Shown: positions 8,915 through 19,032 of the stretch, piece by piece
Numbering within the stretch: the stretch's first letter is position 1
Layout of the letters: every line of letters starts with the position of its first letter
DNA from: an uncultured bacterium
Lineage (GTDB): Bacteria > Acidobacteriota > HRBIN11 > JAKEFK01
Length of the DNA stretch: 64,000 bases
Direction of reading: 5' to 3'
Assembly: GCA_963777505.1 (NCBI GenBank)
Contig: CAVZQN010000004.1
Coordinates: forward strand, 736,001 to 800,000
Position numbers and translations under genes: made by a program
Notes under the pieces: generated by a model
Database searches by the model: none
What the model was told of the DNA's origin: nothing
What the model saw: only the letters and a program-made list of their open reading frames with translations

Positions 8915-9934
8915 TTATTGTGGTTGTGTGCGGGCAGCGAACTGAGCATCAACTGCCGGTTTTACGAAAGGAATTGAATTTTGTTCAGCTGCCGATCGAC
9001 CGGTAATTCGTTGAATGAAGTAAAGTGGTCTTGCCCGAACTTCATCAAAGATTCGGCCGACATACGATCCGATCATTCCCAGACAAACTAATTGAATGCC
9101 TCCCATAAACAAGAATGAGATCATGAGGGAACTCCATCCACGTACTGTGCTTTTCAGGATTAATGTTTGATAAAGAACAATCAGAATTCCGATAAAACTT
9201 ATTCCCGAAAAGAAAACCCCAAGCGCCATAATCGCTTGAAGTGGCACACGTGAAAACGAAAGGAGTCCATTTGAAGCGAGTCGAAGCATTTTTAGAAGTG
9301 TGTATTTCGTTTGACCCTCAAATCGTTCACTCCGTTCGTATTCAATTTCTGTATGACGGAAGCCGACCCAGCTGACCATACCTCGCAAAAATCTGCTGCG
9401 TTCAGGCATACTTTTTACGGCATCAACAACCGCACGGCTCATTAAACGGAAATCTCCTGTATCTACTGGAATGGATGTGTCAGCCAGTAAACGTAGAGTT
9501 CGATAAAACAAAAATGCGCTTGCGAGTTTGAACCTGGATTCGCCATTTCGATGTTTACGTTTGGCAGTCACTACATCAAAACCATCAAGCCATTTATCAA
9601 TCATTTCCGGAATCAAATCAGGAGGGTCTTGTAGATCCCCATCCATCAAAATCACAGCATCTCCGGAGGCATAATCTGTCCCGGCAGTAATTGCGGTTTG
9701 ATGTCCGAAATTTCTTGAAAGGTGAATGATCTTGAGAAAGGTATAGTGCCTGGTTAATTGTTCCATTATTGCAGCCGAGTTATCGGAGCTGCCATCATTT
9801 ACATAGATGACCTCCCAGCGGTACTGCGGAAGTAATGCGATCACATTTGAAATCCGCAAAGTGAGTTCAGGCAGGATTTTTTCTTCATTGAAAATAGGAA
9901 CGACGACTGAAATGCGATTTTGTGATTTTGTCAT
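8915..9934 (-). CDS. GT2 polyprenol-phosphate glycosyltransferase (GtrB/CsbB/YkoT-like)
   Basis: VVPIFNEE, VNDGSSD, LSRNFGHQ.A..AG, MDGDLQDPP and GDFRLMSR motifs; two C-terminal TM helices. Confidence 0.92.
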   Translation of the reverse strand: MTKSQNRISVVVPIFNEEKILPELTLRISNVIALLPQYRWEVIYVNDGSSDNSAAIMEQLTRHYTFLKIIHLSRNFGHQTAITAGTDYASGDAVILMDGDLQDPPDLIPEMIDKWLDGFDVVTAKRKHRNGESRFKLASAFLFYRTLRLLADTSIPVDTGDFRLMSRAVVDAVKSMPERSRFLRGMVSWVGFRHTEIEYERSERFEGQTKYTLLKMLRLASNGLLSFSRVPLQAIMALGVFFSGISFIGILIVLYQTLILKSTVRGWSSLMISFLFMGGIQLVCLGMIGSYVGRIFDEVRARPLYFIQRITGRSAAEQNSIPFVKPAVDAQFAARTQPQ

Positions 9935-10079
9935 GGTTGTACCTTTGGCTTTTCATATTGAATGAGGCGGTTAAAGCTCAAAAAATACATAGATTTCGGT
10001 GTGATTAAGCGAATTGAGGGCGCAGGAGGAGAAACTTCAGTATAATTAGTGTTTTATTTGCCGTTTGGAACTGCAAAGT

Positions 10080-12863
10080 ATGGACGAAAAAACTCTGAAA
10101 AAGACTCTAAATCTACCTCAAACGAACTTTCCAATGAAGGCCAACCTGGCTCAGCGCGAGCCGGAGCAGGTAAAGGTCTGGGATGAAATGGACCTGTATT
10201 CGCGTCTTCGAAAGGTCGGCAAAGGCAAGGAGCTATTTGTATTGCACGATGGTCCACCTTTTGCGAATGGCAATATCCATTTCGGTCATGTCATCAATAA
10301 GGTTTTGAAGGATCTAGTAGTTAAGTCCAGAACCATGATGGGGTTTGATTCACCTTACGTTCCTGGCTGGGATTGTCATGGATTGCCGATCGAATTGCAG
10401 GTTGAGAAAAATACGGGCGCTAAGAAGAAAAATATGGATCCTGTGGCGTTCCGGCGTGAATGTCGTAAGTATGCTGAAAAATATATCGGCATTCAGCGTG
10501 ATTCATTTAAAAGGCTGGGTGTTTTTGGAGATTGGCAGAATCCATACACAACTATGAACCCTGCATATGAAGCGACGATTGCGCGAATGTTTGGAAGTTT
10601 TTACAAAGGTGGTCATGTTTATCGCGGTTTCAAACCTGTACATTGGTGTTGGTCTTGTGAAACGGCATTAGCTGATACGGAAGTTGAATACAACAATCAT
10701 AAATCGCCATCAGTTTACGTAAAATTTCCAGTTCAAGAAGACTGGAAAGATCTTCATCCGGAATTAGCCGGAAAGAATATTTTCGTGCTGATCTGGACTA
10801 CGACTCCATGGACTCTTCCAGCAAACCTTGCAATCGCATTTCATCCGGAATTCGAATATGTCGCTTACCAGGTTCCTGATGGCGAAGTTTATATCGTTGC
10901 GGAAAAAATGTTGTCTGCGGTTGTAAAAGCGGCAAATCTCCCGGAAGGGAAGGTTCTTGCAAAAATTCCTGGAAGCCGGTTTGAAGGTCGTAAAGCTCGC
11001 CATCCATGGATTGATCGCGATTCGCTTTTGATTCTTGCTGATTATGTAACGATGGATCAAGGGACCGGTGCTGTACACACTGCGCCGGGTCATGGTGCGG
11101 ATGATTTTTACAGTGGTGTGAAGTACAGCTTGCCAATCCTGACTCCTGTTGATGAAAAAGGCAGATTTGTTCAAGATGTCGAACACTTTGCCGGTCAGTT
11201 TGTTCTGGATGCGAATCCAAAAATTGTTGAACATCTGCGAAATATTAATCGGCTTATTCATTTTGAAAATTTTGTACATAGCTATCCTCATTGTCCGCGA
11301 TGTCACAATCCAATTCTGTTTCGCGCAACAGAGCAGTGGTTTATTTCAATGGAAAAATTGCGCGATAAAGCTCTTGCAGAAATTAAGAATGTGAACTGGC
11401 TTCCCGCATGGGGTGAAGAGCGGATGGCGAATATGATTCAATCGCGGCCGGATTGGACGATTTCACGCCAGCGTACATGGGGCGTTCCTATCATTGCGTA
11501 TTATTGTGCGACTCCGGGATGCAAAAATGCAGACGTTCCTTACGAGGATCCGCGCATTTTTGATTATGTTGCTGAAATTTTCGAAAAAGAAGGCTCCGAT
11601 TCCTGGTTCATTAGAGATGCAAAAGATTTATTGCCTCCTGATGCTACGTGCTCTGCCTGCGGAAAAAATCAATTCGAAAAAGGATATGACATTCTTGATG
11701 TATGGTTTGAATCAGGATCCAGTCATGAATCTGTGCTAGGAAAAACTCACGACCTCAGATGGCCTTCAGAAGTGTATTTAGAAGGGAACGATCAATATCG
11801 CGGTTGGTTCAACAGTTCTTTGATGACTGCAATCCAGGCGCATGGCCGCGCTCCGTATCATACCGTTGTAACACATGGAATGGTTGTCGATGCTGATGGC
11901 CGAAAAATGTCGAAGAGTCTTGGAAATTATATCGACCCGCTTGAAATTTTAAAAACGTCCGGCGCTGAAATCTTGCGTGCATGGGTCGCAATGGTTGATT
12001 ATCGTGAAGAAATCAGTATCGGTAAAGAAACATTAGATCGTGTCGCAGAAGCATATCGCAAGATCAGAAATACATTTCGATATCTTCTTTCGAATCTTTA
12101 TGACTTTAATCCGAATGAGCACTCTCTTGGAAACGAGGAACTTGAACCGCTTGATCGATGGGCAGTGGATCAACTCTCGGAACTAACACGACGTGTCGTT
12201 GATGCATATGACCGGTATGAATATCACGTCGTTTATCATTCCCTGTACCGTTTTTGTGTGGTAGAGATGAGTGCCTTTTATTTAGATATTAATAAGGACA
12301 GGTTGTACGTTTCGCATCCACAAAGCAAAAAACGCAGATCGGCTCAGACAGCGATGTACAGGATTCTCGATCAGCTTGTCCGGCTTGCGGCGCCAGTCTT
12401 CTCATTTACAACAGAGGAAGTATGGCGTGAGATGCCGGCTGTTTCGAACAAAATGGAGTCGGTGCATTTGACTCAATTTCAATCTCCAGAGAATATCTTG
12501 TTGACGGATCAGGAACGATCCGAATGGGCCAGACTGGCCGAATACCGTGAAGCAGCCTTAAAATTAATGGAAGAAGCAAGACAGAGAAAAGAGATCGGTT
12601 CATCGCTGGAGGCAAAGATCATGGTTTATTATCCTTCCAGTGACGAGTCGCTCGTTCGACGTTTTGAATCATTTTTGCCGGAACTGTTTATTGCTTCTCA
12701 GGTAGAACTTCAATCATCTTCTGAATTAAGATTTGAAGTTCATAAGGCCGAAGGAATCAAGTGTATGAGATGCTGGCAAATCCGAAAGGATGTCGGGCAG
12801 GATGAGCGTTATCCGGGCGTTTGTTCTCGTTGTGCTTCAGTGCTTCAAGAATTGGCGGTGTAA
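10080..12863 (+). CDS. ileS: Isoleucine--tRNA ligase
   Basis: [14 protein letters not shown] (HIGH-type), [32 protein letters not shown] and C-terminal CxRCW zinc motif. Confidence 0.98.
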   Translation: MDEKTLKKTLNLPQTNFPMKANLAQREPEQVKVWDEMDLYSRLRKVGKGKELFVLHDGPPFANGNIHFGHVINKVLKDLVVKSRTMMGFDSPYVPGWDCHGLPIELQVEKNTGAKKKNMDPVAFRRECRKYAEKYIGIQRDSFKRLGVFGDWQNPYTTMNPAYEATIARMFGSFYKGGHVYRGFKPVHWCWSCETALADTEVEYNNHKSPSVYVKFPVQEDWKDLHPELAGKNIFVLIWTTTPWTLPANLAIAFHPEFEYVAYQVPDGEVYIVAEKMLSAVVKAANLPEGKVLAKIPGSRFEGRKARHPWIDRDSLLILADYVTMDQGTGAVHTAPGHGADDFYSGVKYSLPILTPVDEKGRFVQDVEHFAGQFVLDANPKIVEHLRNINRLIHFENFVHSYPHCPRCHNPILFRATEQWFISMEKLRDKALAEIKNVNWLPAWGEERMANMIQSRPDWTISRQRTWGVPIIAYYCATPGCKNADVPYEDPRIFDYVAEIFEKEGSDSWFIRDAKDLLPPDATCSACGKNQFEKGYDILDVWFESGSSHESVLGKTHDLRWPSEVYLEGNDQYRGWFNSSLMTAIQAHGRAPYHTVVTHGMVVDADGRKMSKSLGNYIDPLEILKTSGAEILRAWVAMVDYREEISIGKETLDRVAEAYRKIRNTFRYLLSNLYDFNPNEHSLGNEELEPLDRWAVDQLSELTRRVVDAYDRYEYHVVYHSLYRFCVVEMSAFYLDINKDRLYVSHPQSKKRRSAQTAMYRILDQLVRLAAPVFSFTTEEVWREMPAVSNKMESVHLTQFQSPENILLTDQERSEWARLAEYREAALKLMEEARQRKEIGSSLEAKIMVYYPSSDESLVRRFESFLPELFIASQVELQSSSELRFEVHKAEGIKCMRCWQIRKDVGQDERYPGVCSRCASVLQELAV

Positions 12864-12869
12864 CAAAAA

Positions 12870-13409
12870 ATGAGTTCTTCATGGAAGAGTCGTTCACAAT
12901 ATTTGCTGATTTCTCTGCTGGTTTTTCTTGTTGATCAGATAACCAAGACAGTTGTTGTTCAAGGAATGAGCACTCATGAATCAATTGAATTGATTCCAAA
13001 TATTTTCAATATTACTTACGTTCATAATCGGGGCGCGGTTTTTGGTCTGGGTTCTAATTTTTCAACCCCTTATCTTTCTTGGATGCTTTCAATTCTTTCG
13101 ATTGTCTCTTTAGGCGTCATCCTCTTTTACTTTTTACGTGTTCATACTACCAACCCGCGTTTGTATACCGGCTTGGCTCTTGTATTGGGCGGAGCGCTTG
13201 GGAATCTATACGATCGATTGAAGAATGGCTACGTCGTGGATTTTCTGGACCTACACTGGTACGACCATCATTGGCCATTTTTTAATGTAGCGGATCTTTC
13301 AATTTGTATCGGCGTAGGATTGCTGTTGATTTCGATGCCTTCAGCCGCTGAAAGCAGCCAGACTTTGCCTGATCAAACAAGCCTTATAAACCCAGAACCT
13401 GAAAAGTAA
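12870..13409 (+). CDS. lspA: Lipoprotein signal peptidase II
   Basis: DQITK, NRGAVFG, GGALGNLYDR, VVDF and FNVAD motifs; canonical ileS-lspA synteny. Confidence 0.96.
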   Translation: MSSSWKSRSQYLLISLLVFLVDQITKTVVVQGMSTHESIELIPNIFNITYVHNRGAVFGLGSNFSTPYLSWMLSILSIVSLGVILFYFLRVHTTNPRLYTGLALVLGGALGNLYDRLKNGYVVDFLDLHWYDHHWPFFNVADLSICIGVGLLLISMPSAAESSQTLPDQTSLINPEPEK

Positions 13410-13428
13410 TTCCTTCTGTTACCGGAAA

Positions 13429-13770
13429 CTAGCGAAGAATCTTTTCGAGTTTACTTTTTTCGTCTTCAAGGTATTGTCTGCCGGCGTCAAGTACATTCAA
13501 TATTTCGCTTCCTGCGCGGTTGGTGAATTTCCTGCCTTTTTTGATTCCATGTGTTCCTGCTTCCAGGATGTCTGCGAAGGTATGATCAAGAGTATCAGCA
13601 ATTTCACCTACGAAAACATGGGCTCGTGAGCCTGCTTTTTTCCCATATTGGGAAACAAGTTTTCGAGTTTTTCGTCCCGTGGTGGGAGCAAAAAGAAGAG
13701 CAGCAGAGGCACCAATCAGGCCCCCAAGAAATAAGAATGCAAATGACGAGCCGCTATTTCTTCTACGCAT
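13429..13770 (-). CDS. YtxH-domain protein
   Basis: FLGGLIGASAALLFAPTTGRKTR signature followed by a helical region; GGAGG RBS. Confidence 0.85.
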   Translation of the reverse strand: MRRRNSGSSFAFLFLGGLIGASAALLFAPTTGRKTRKLVSQYGKKAGSRAHVFVGEIADTLDHTFADILEAGTHGIKKGRKFTNRAGSEILNVLDAGRQYLEDEKSKLEKILR

Positions 13771-13845
13771 ATCTAAAACCTCCTTATAAATTAAGAATTT
13801 CTTCTAAAGTAAGTATCCCGTCGGGTATTTTCAAGTAGCTCTTTT

Positions 13846-13904
13846 TAACGCCGAGTGCGCCGAGGCTCTTATTACAATTCTTTCTCGGCGTACTCTGCGT
13901 TAAA
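13846..13904. repeat. Nonamer-periodic inverted repeat element (aacgccgagtgcgccgag...ctcggcgtactctgcgtt)
   Basis: Imperfect hairpin; a near-identical element lies at ~34592-34645. Confidence 0.7.
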
Positions 13905-13907
13905 ATT

Positions 13908-14600
13908 CTATTTACGTAAGCGGTAAAGCAGCTTGCCGATACGGAGTACATCGGCAAGGCTATGATGGCTCATTGCCGACGTTTCACGCGAATAAATGGT
14001 TGAAATCGGAACGCTCGCAATTTTGAATTGCTTTCTGCAGGAACAAATTAAGATTTCCGTCTCAAGTTCATATCGCAGGGTTTTAAGCTCATTGAATACA
14101 GTTCGCAAAAGATTTGTTGAATACAACCGGAAACCGCATTGCGAGTCCTCAATCCGCATTTTACAAATCCCTGAGATCAACCGATTTGATAACGAATTCA
14201 GCTGCTGCCTGTGTAATGGCATTCCTGTCAGGTCAGTCATCCGGTTTCCATAAACCAGATCAGCATGATGTTGTTCCCGCGATTCAATGAACTTTGGAAT
14301 CAATCGTGCATCATGCTGGCCATCTCCGTCCAAAGTAATAACCGAATCCAATCCAGGACGTGTATCAAGAAGGTGACGGAATCCAGTCATCAAGGCTGCG
14401 CCTTTTCCCCGGTTTTGACTATGAGCAATTAATTCAACACCAGGAATTTGAGCCTGCTTGATTGTTGAGGAGGTGTTGTCATTCGAGCCATCATCGATAA
14501 CAACCACAAGCGGTACATATTTAATTACTTCTCTCAAAACCCTTTCACAGGCAGGTCCTACGTTGTAACAGGGAATGATAACTGCATATTGTTCGTTCAT
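13908..14600 (-). CDS. GT2 family glycosyltransferase (DPM1-like)
   Basis: IIPCYN, VIDDGSND, NRGKGAAL, LDGDGQHD and DSQCGFR motifs. Confidence 0.9.
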   Translation of the reverse strand: MNEQYAVIIPCYNVGPACERVLREVIKYVPLVVVIDDGSNDNTSSTIKQAQIPGVELIAHSQNRGKGAALMTGFRHLLDTRPGLDSVITLDGDGQHDARLIPKFIESREQHHADLVYGNRMTDLTGMPLHRQQLNSLSNRLISGICKMRIEDSQCGFRLYSTNLLRTVFNELKTLRYELETEILICSCRKQFKIASVPISTIYSRETSAMSHHSLADVLRIGKLLYRLRK

Positions 14601-14639
14601 TTGCAGCAGTCGAATGATAAAATGGGTCCCGACAAGGGC

Positions 14640-15446
14640 ATGAAATTTCTCATCATACTGTTTTCGTTGTTGATCGTTTTTCCATATTCAGCAGAATCGT
14701 ATACCGTAATACTGAAAAATGGCAAAGTCCTAAAGGGAAAACTCCTTTCTGAAACTGAAGACGTTCTCGTTTTTAAGGATGAACAGGGCCTTCAATATTC
14801 TTTGAAGAAATCCGTAATCGATCTTCAAAAGACTAATGAGGCGAATGAGCCTCCTCCTGAGCCAGACAAAGAAGTTCCGGCTCCAGAAGAAGTCGAATCA
14901 TCTGAACCCGTTGGTTCGGAACAACAAGAGACTTCCACGCCTCAACAAGGCGGTGAATCGGAAGCCTCCGAGTCGGTGCCTGCTCCGGAAGAGACCATGG
15001 CTCCCGTTAGTTCTACAGAGGCAGAATCTTCCCCATATTTCATTTCGATAAATGAAGGCACAGCGAAATTGGAAAATGTATTTGAAGAAGTCGGATCATA
15101 TCTCGATGCAATGATGACCGCCTGGGAAGTCAATGCAAGTACCGGTCGCGATCCCGTTGCGGCATTCCGCGAATTTAAAACAAACAAAGGCCCGGCTCTA
15201 ACAGCATCTATTGATGCACTTTTCCAGGATTTGGAAATTTCCAAAACCAAACTCAATGATCCGCCCGTTCAATATAGTACTGCGTTCGAAGCTTTCAATT
15301 CAGGAATCGGAACTTTGACTGAATACTATAATGCGATTCGTCAGTATGATGGAAAGCCTGCCATCAGCGTTTTTAAAAGCAGATTAAGCCCGAAAGAACA
15401 AAGTATTCAGAAAAAGATCGAAGAACTGAAAGCAGTGAAGCCTTAG
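14640..15446 (+). CDS. Secreted hypothetical protein
   Basis: Signal peptide MKFLIILFSLLIVFPYSAES; small N-terminal beta domain (TVILKNGKVLKGKL); acidic P/E/S linker; helical C-domain. Confidence 0.7.
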   Translation: MKFLIILFSLLIVFPYSAESYTVILKNGKVLKGKLLSETEDVLVFKDEQGLQYSLKKSVIDLQKTNEANEPPPEPDKEVPAPEEVESSEPVGSEQQETSTPQQGGESEASESVPAPEETMAPVSSTEAESSPYFISINEGTAKLENVFEEVGSYLDAMMTAWEVNASTGRDPVAAFREFKTNKGPALTASIDALFQDLEISKTKLNDPPVQYSTAFEAFNSGIGTLTEYYNAIRQYDGKPAISVFKSRLSPKEQSIQKKIEELKAVKP

Positions 15447-15447
15447 C

Positions 15448-15597
15448 AGCCCCCGGCGTAAGCCGGGGGAACAAAGGATGCAAATGATCCAGCCCGCTTT
15501 AGCGGGCGAAAGACTAAGAGTATTAAAAGCTCTTACGTCCGCCTTCGGCGGACTAGATCATCTTATGATTCTGAACCCCCGGCTTACGCCGGGGGCT
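15448..15597. repeat. Composite REP/REPIN-like element
   Basis: 22-bp perfect terminal inverted repeats (agcccccggcgtaagccggggg / cccccggcttacgccgggggct), each itself a hairpin, enclosing two inner hairpins (gcccgctttagcgggc and gtccgccttcggcggac). Lies between convergent genes. Confidence 0.85.
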
Positions 15598-15632
15598 AAA
15601 ACAATTCCATAATTTCTGATTGACCGTGGGGA

Positions 15633-17393
15633 CTAGTTTATATATCCAAGTGCTTTGAGTTCTTCAGCCTGTTCTTCTTCTATCGCTTTATCGACAACGA
15701 CTTCCCGGCTATGCGCTCGAATCATTTTGTCAAAAGAATCAACATAAACGGCGGGACGCTCTAACAATAAATTCCGTTCAAATGCTTCTGTAAGAATTTT
15801 CCCATCCATATCCTGTGCGACTGGAAGGCCCATAATGTAAAGTATTGATGGCACAACATCCAGAACTGATGCTTTTTGAACGTTGGATTTTCGGATTCCT
15901 GGACCGGCCGCAATGATAAAACCATTGTTCTTATGCATTCCTTTCCGACCGTGAGCGAATTCACCATGATCGGTTACTACAAACACATATGTCCGACTGT
16001 CAGCAAGCTTGAGTATTCGACCAATTTCGGCATCCAGAAAGGTGTAGTAATTGTCCAGAATGTTATGGATTTTATCTAAGTCACATGCAGGGAACTTACC
16101 GCATTCAGACTTTACAAGATCCAGGTTTTCGTTGTACCCAAGAAATTGATGCGACATGGTGTCTGTACCGCGAAAATAAACCGCAAAAAGATCGATGTCT
16201 TTTTTGTTTTCCAATAAATGAGTTGAAATATTTGTGAAAAATTTATCTTGCCAAAAATAATTTAGTGCAATTTTTTCCTGAGTTGATCCGATACACCCGC
16301 ATTCTCCGAGCTTGAAAAAGCGTTTTTCAAAATCAGGAATCATTTGGTCCTTTGGAAAATAAATCTTCCTCACTTCATTCAACAGCTCAGGGGGATAGGA
16401 AAGATCTGGAATTTCGGACAAAAAATCCTTCTTTCCTTCGATGACTCTTTCTCCTTGAAAACCTACGTGAGACGAGACGAGATAACCATTTATTGGATAG
16501 GCAGGCCAGCTTGCCCACCAACCAACAACTCCTACCCTGCGGTCAAAGGCAGAAACAATCTCCCAAAGAGTTCGAGTTCGCAGGTGAAAAGAACTTGCTA
16601 GAGCAAGCTGTGTCGGAGTGATAAAGACCCATCCTTTTTGAAACATATTCGCGGTTCGGGTTGCGCAGTAATCAAAAATTTCCAATCCCGCGGCGTTATA
16701 TATTCTGATTGATTCAACATCGGCTCCGACAAAGTTATTACCCGTTTGTACAGCTTCATAAAACCGGAACATTAATTGATTGTCCTTCCATCGAACTAAA
16801 TCAGGCTGAATGTCGAAACGAAATTGTTTGAAGTCCTTTTCTAGTTTTGCGTCTCCAATTGGACGTAGATTAAACAACGCGTCAATTGTAGATTTTTGAA
16901 GACCTTGAGGGAGCCGCGCTGTCAGTATTACTGTTGTACGGTCGTGCGCATTAAATGGAAAGACTAATGAAGCAGGAAGTGGACCTGTTTTTGCGTGATA
17001 GCCCATCTGGAACAATGGTGTTCCTGGCAGTGGCAGACGGAAGTCTTCAATCCCATGTTTGGAAGGGAGTTTACCTGTTGCGATTGAAGACCAGATGATC
17101 GGGCTAAACAGTCCGTGGGATTTATCTATTTTTTTTCGCCATGGAATCGAATCAAGGTATCCCGTGGCGCCTCGTTCCATCAACTTTTGTAAATTCGGGA
17201 TTCTGTTTTCCGAAGCAAGACGCTGAAGGATATCCCAGCTGGCTCCATCAACGCCAATCAAAAATACACGCGTCCTGGAACCCGATTGAGACTCCCCAAA
17301 CCACAAGAAAAATGATCCAAGAAGAACGAGGATTAAGGCGCCTGCGAAAATCGTTTTACGTTTCATAACAAATGGCCGCCTTAATTTAAACAT
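15633..17393 (-). CDS. Alkaline phosphatase superfamily (NPP/phosphodiesterase-like) protein with inserted domain
   Basis: IGVDGASW, SPIIWSSIATG, VGWWASWPA, GTDTMSH, TDHG and terminal ELKALGYI motifs; N-terminal TM anchor. Confidence 0.85.
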   Translation of the reverse strand: MFKLRRPFVMKRKTIFAGALILVLLGSFFLWFGESQSGSRTRVFLIGVDGASWDILQRLASENRIPNLQKLMERGATGYLDSIPWRKKIDKSHGLFSPIIWSSIATGKLPSKHGIEDFRLPLPGTPLFQMGYHAKTGPLPASLVFPFNAHDRTTVILTARLPQGLQKSTIDALFNLRPIGDAKLEKDFKQFRFDIQPDLVRWKDNQLMFRFYEAVQTGNNFVGADVESIRIYNAAGLEIFDYCATRTANMFQKGWVFITPTQLALASSFHLRTRTLWEIVSAFDRRVGVVGWWASWPAYPINGYLVSSHVGFQGERVIEGKKDFLSEIPDLSYPPELLNEVRKIYFPKDQMIPDFEKRFFKLGECGCIGSTQEKIALNYFWQDKFFTNISTHLLENKKDIDLFAVYFRGTDTMSHQFLGYNENLDLVKSECGKFPACDLDKIHNILDNYYTFLDAEIGRILKLADSRTYVFVVTDHGEFAHGRKGMHKNNGFIIAAGPGIRKSNVQKASVLDVVPSILYIMGLPVAQDMDGKILTEAFERNLLLERPAVYVDSFDKMIRAHSREVVVDKAIEEEQAEELKALGYIN

Positions 17394-17404
17394 ATCGAGT
17401 TAAA

Positions 17405-17497
17405 TCACGGAAGCACGAAAGGCACTGAACTCACTGAAGATTGATTTTAAATAAATAGTTCTATTCCGTGATTTCCGTGAATTCAGTGTTTTCGTGA
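17405..17497. repeat. Nonamer-periodic inverted repeat (cacggaagcacgaaagg...ttccgtgatttccgtg...ttttcgtg)
   Basis: Visible ~9-nt periodic arms in the divergent intergenic region. Confidence 0.55.
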
Positions 17498-17633
17498 TAG
17501 TCATTTCTCGTTAAATTCAATTTGTGGACGTAGTTTCTTGGTGCCTCGTGTTGAAAATTGGTCTATGTTGATTCACTTCGGTGCAGCGGTTAAACTTTAG
17601 GTAGCTGTCTCTCGAGAGAAAATGGAGCTGACC

Positions 17634-18923
17634 ATGAGCAAAAGCACTTTAACGATTACCGATAACCGAACGGGAAAGAATTATGAAGTTCCAATCGAAA
17701 ATGGCGCAATTCGCGCAATCGATTTACGCCAGATCAAAACAGATGAAAATGATTTCGGATTAATGACCTATGATCCCGCTTTCTTAAATACAGCCTCATG
17801 CAAAAGCCTCATAACATTCATCGACGGTGATCGGGGAATCTTAAATTACAGGGGATATCCGATAGAGCAACTTGCAGAAAAGAGTACATATCTTGAAACT
17901 GCCTATTTGTTAGTTCATGGTGAACTTCCTACAAAGGCACAGCTTGAAGATTGGACATACCATATTACTCATCACACCATCATTCATCGGAATATCGAAA
18001 AATTCATAGATGGATTTCATTATGATGCCCATCCAATGGGAATGCTTGTCAGCACTGTTGGCGCACTTTCGACATTTTATCCGGATGCTCATAACATCAT
18101 GGATCCTGAATCCAGACAGCTTCAGACCTACAGGCTCATCGCAAAGATGCCCACACTTGCGGCATTCGCATACAGGCACAGCATCGGAATGCCTTATGCC
18201 TACCCGGATAACGATCTGAATTACCCTGGCAATTTCTTGAACATGTTGTTCAAAAAGACAGAATTGAAGTACAGCCCCGATCCTGTATTAGAGCGGGCGC
18301 TGGATGTGTTATTTATTTTGCATGCTGATCATGAGCAGAATTGCAGCACCAATGCAATGCGAAGCGTTGCAAGTTCACAGGTAGATCCTTTTTCGGCAAC
18401 AGCTGCAGCCGCAGCCGCTCTTTATGGTCCACTTCATGGCGGCGCAAATGAAGCGGTCCTTAGAATGCTAAGCGAGATTGGCTCAAAAGATCGAATCCCA
18501 GAATTTATTCAGCGTGTTAAAGCTGGTGAAGGAAGATTAATGGGCTTCGGTCATCGTGTGTACAAAAATTATGATCCAAGGGCTCGAATTATTAAGAAGC
18601 TTGCGTATGAAGTTTTTGAAGTTACAGGAAAAAATCCTTTGCTTGAAATTGCATTAGAGCTTGAGCAAATTGCTTTACAAGATGAATATTTTGTAAAGCG
18701 AAAACTGTATCCCAACGTAGATTTCTATTCAGGCTTGATTTATCAGGCGATGGGTTTTCCGATCAGTATGTTTCCTGTTTTATTCGCAATTGGCAGAACG
18801 GCCGGCTGGATTGCTCAATGGATTGAAATGATTAATGACTCTGAGCAAAAAATCGCGCGTCCACGGCAGATTTATTTGGGTTATGATCATAGGGATTATG
18901 TTTCGATGGAACAAAGAAAATAA
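17634..18923 (+). CDS. gltA: Citrate synthase
   Basis: DPAFLNTASCKS.ITFIDG, HADHEQNCST, GPLHGGANE, GFGHRVYKNYDPRA, YPNVDFYSG and RPRQIY motifs. Confidence 0.97.
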   Translation: MSKSTLTITDNRTGKNYEVPIENGAIRAIDLRQIKTDENDFGLMTYDPAFLNTASCKSLITFIDGDRGILNYRGYPIEQLAEKSTYLETAYLLVHGELPTKAQLEDWTYHITHHTIIHRNIEKFIDGFHYDAHPMGMLVSTVGALSTFYPDAHNIMDPESRQLQTYRLIAKMPTLAAFAYRHSIGMPYAYPDNDLNYPGNFLNMLFKKTELKYSPDPVLERALDVLFILHADHEQNCSTNAMRSVASSQVDPFSATAAAAAALYGPLHGGANEAVLRMLSEIGSKDRIPEFIQRVKAGEGRLMGFGHRVYKNYDPRARIIKKLAYEVFEVTGKNPLLEIALELEQIALQDEYFVKRKLYPNVDFYSGLIYQAMGFPISMFPVLFAIGRTAGWIAQWIEMINDSEQKIARPRQIYLGYDHRDYVSMEQRK

Positions 18924-19032
18924 GAATTAGTTTTAGAGGGGTCTTGGGAAGGTATTTTTGTTTTAGCCAGTCCGATTACCATGAAGACATGACGTTCGTT
19001 GCTTCTGTGGTGAGTATTTTCCGGCTGCCAGA

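Noticed and set aside
8180-8977. Alternative-frame ORFs over the repeat: (SSSLEFP)n, (IVIVGVS)n and (TMTMETP)n
   Set aside because: They are open only because the 21-bp unit lacks stops. Only the DDDGNSN frame has an RBS, a lipobox, operon orientation and synonymous variation.
9935-10079. T-box or riboswitch upstream of ileS (and a Moco riboswitch before moeA)
   Set aside because: The leaders are short and show no T-box or aptamer consensus.
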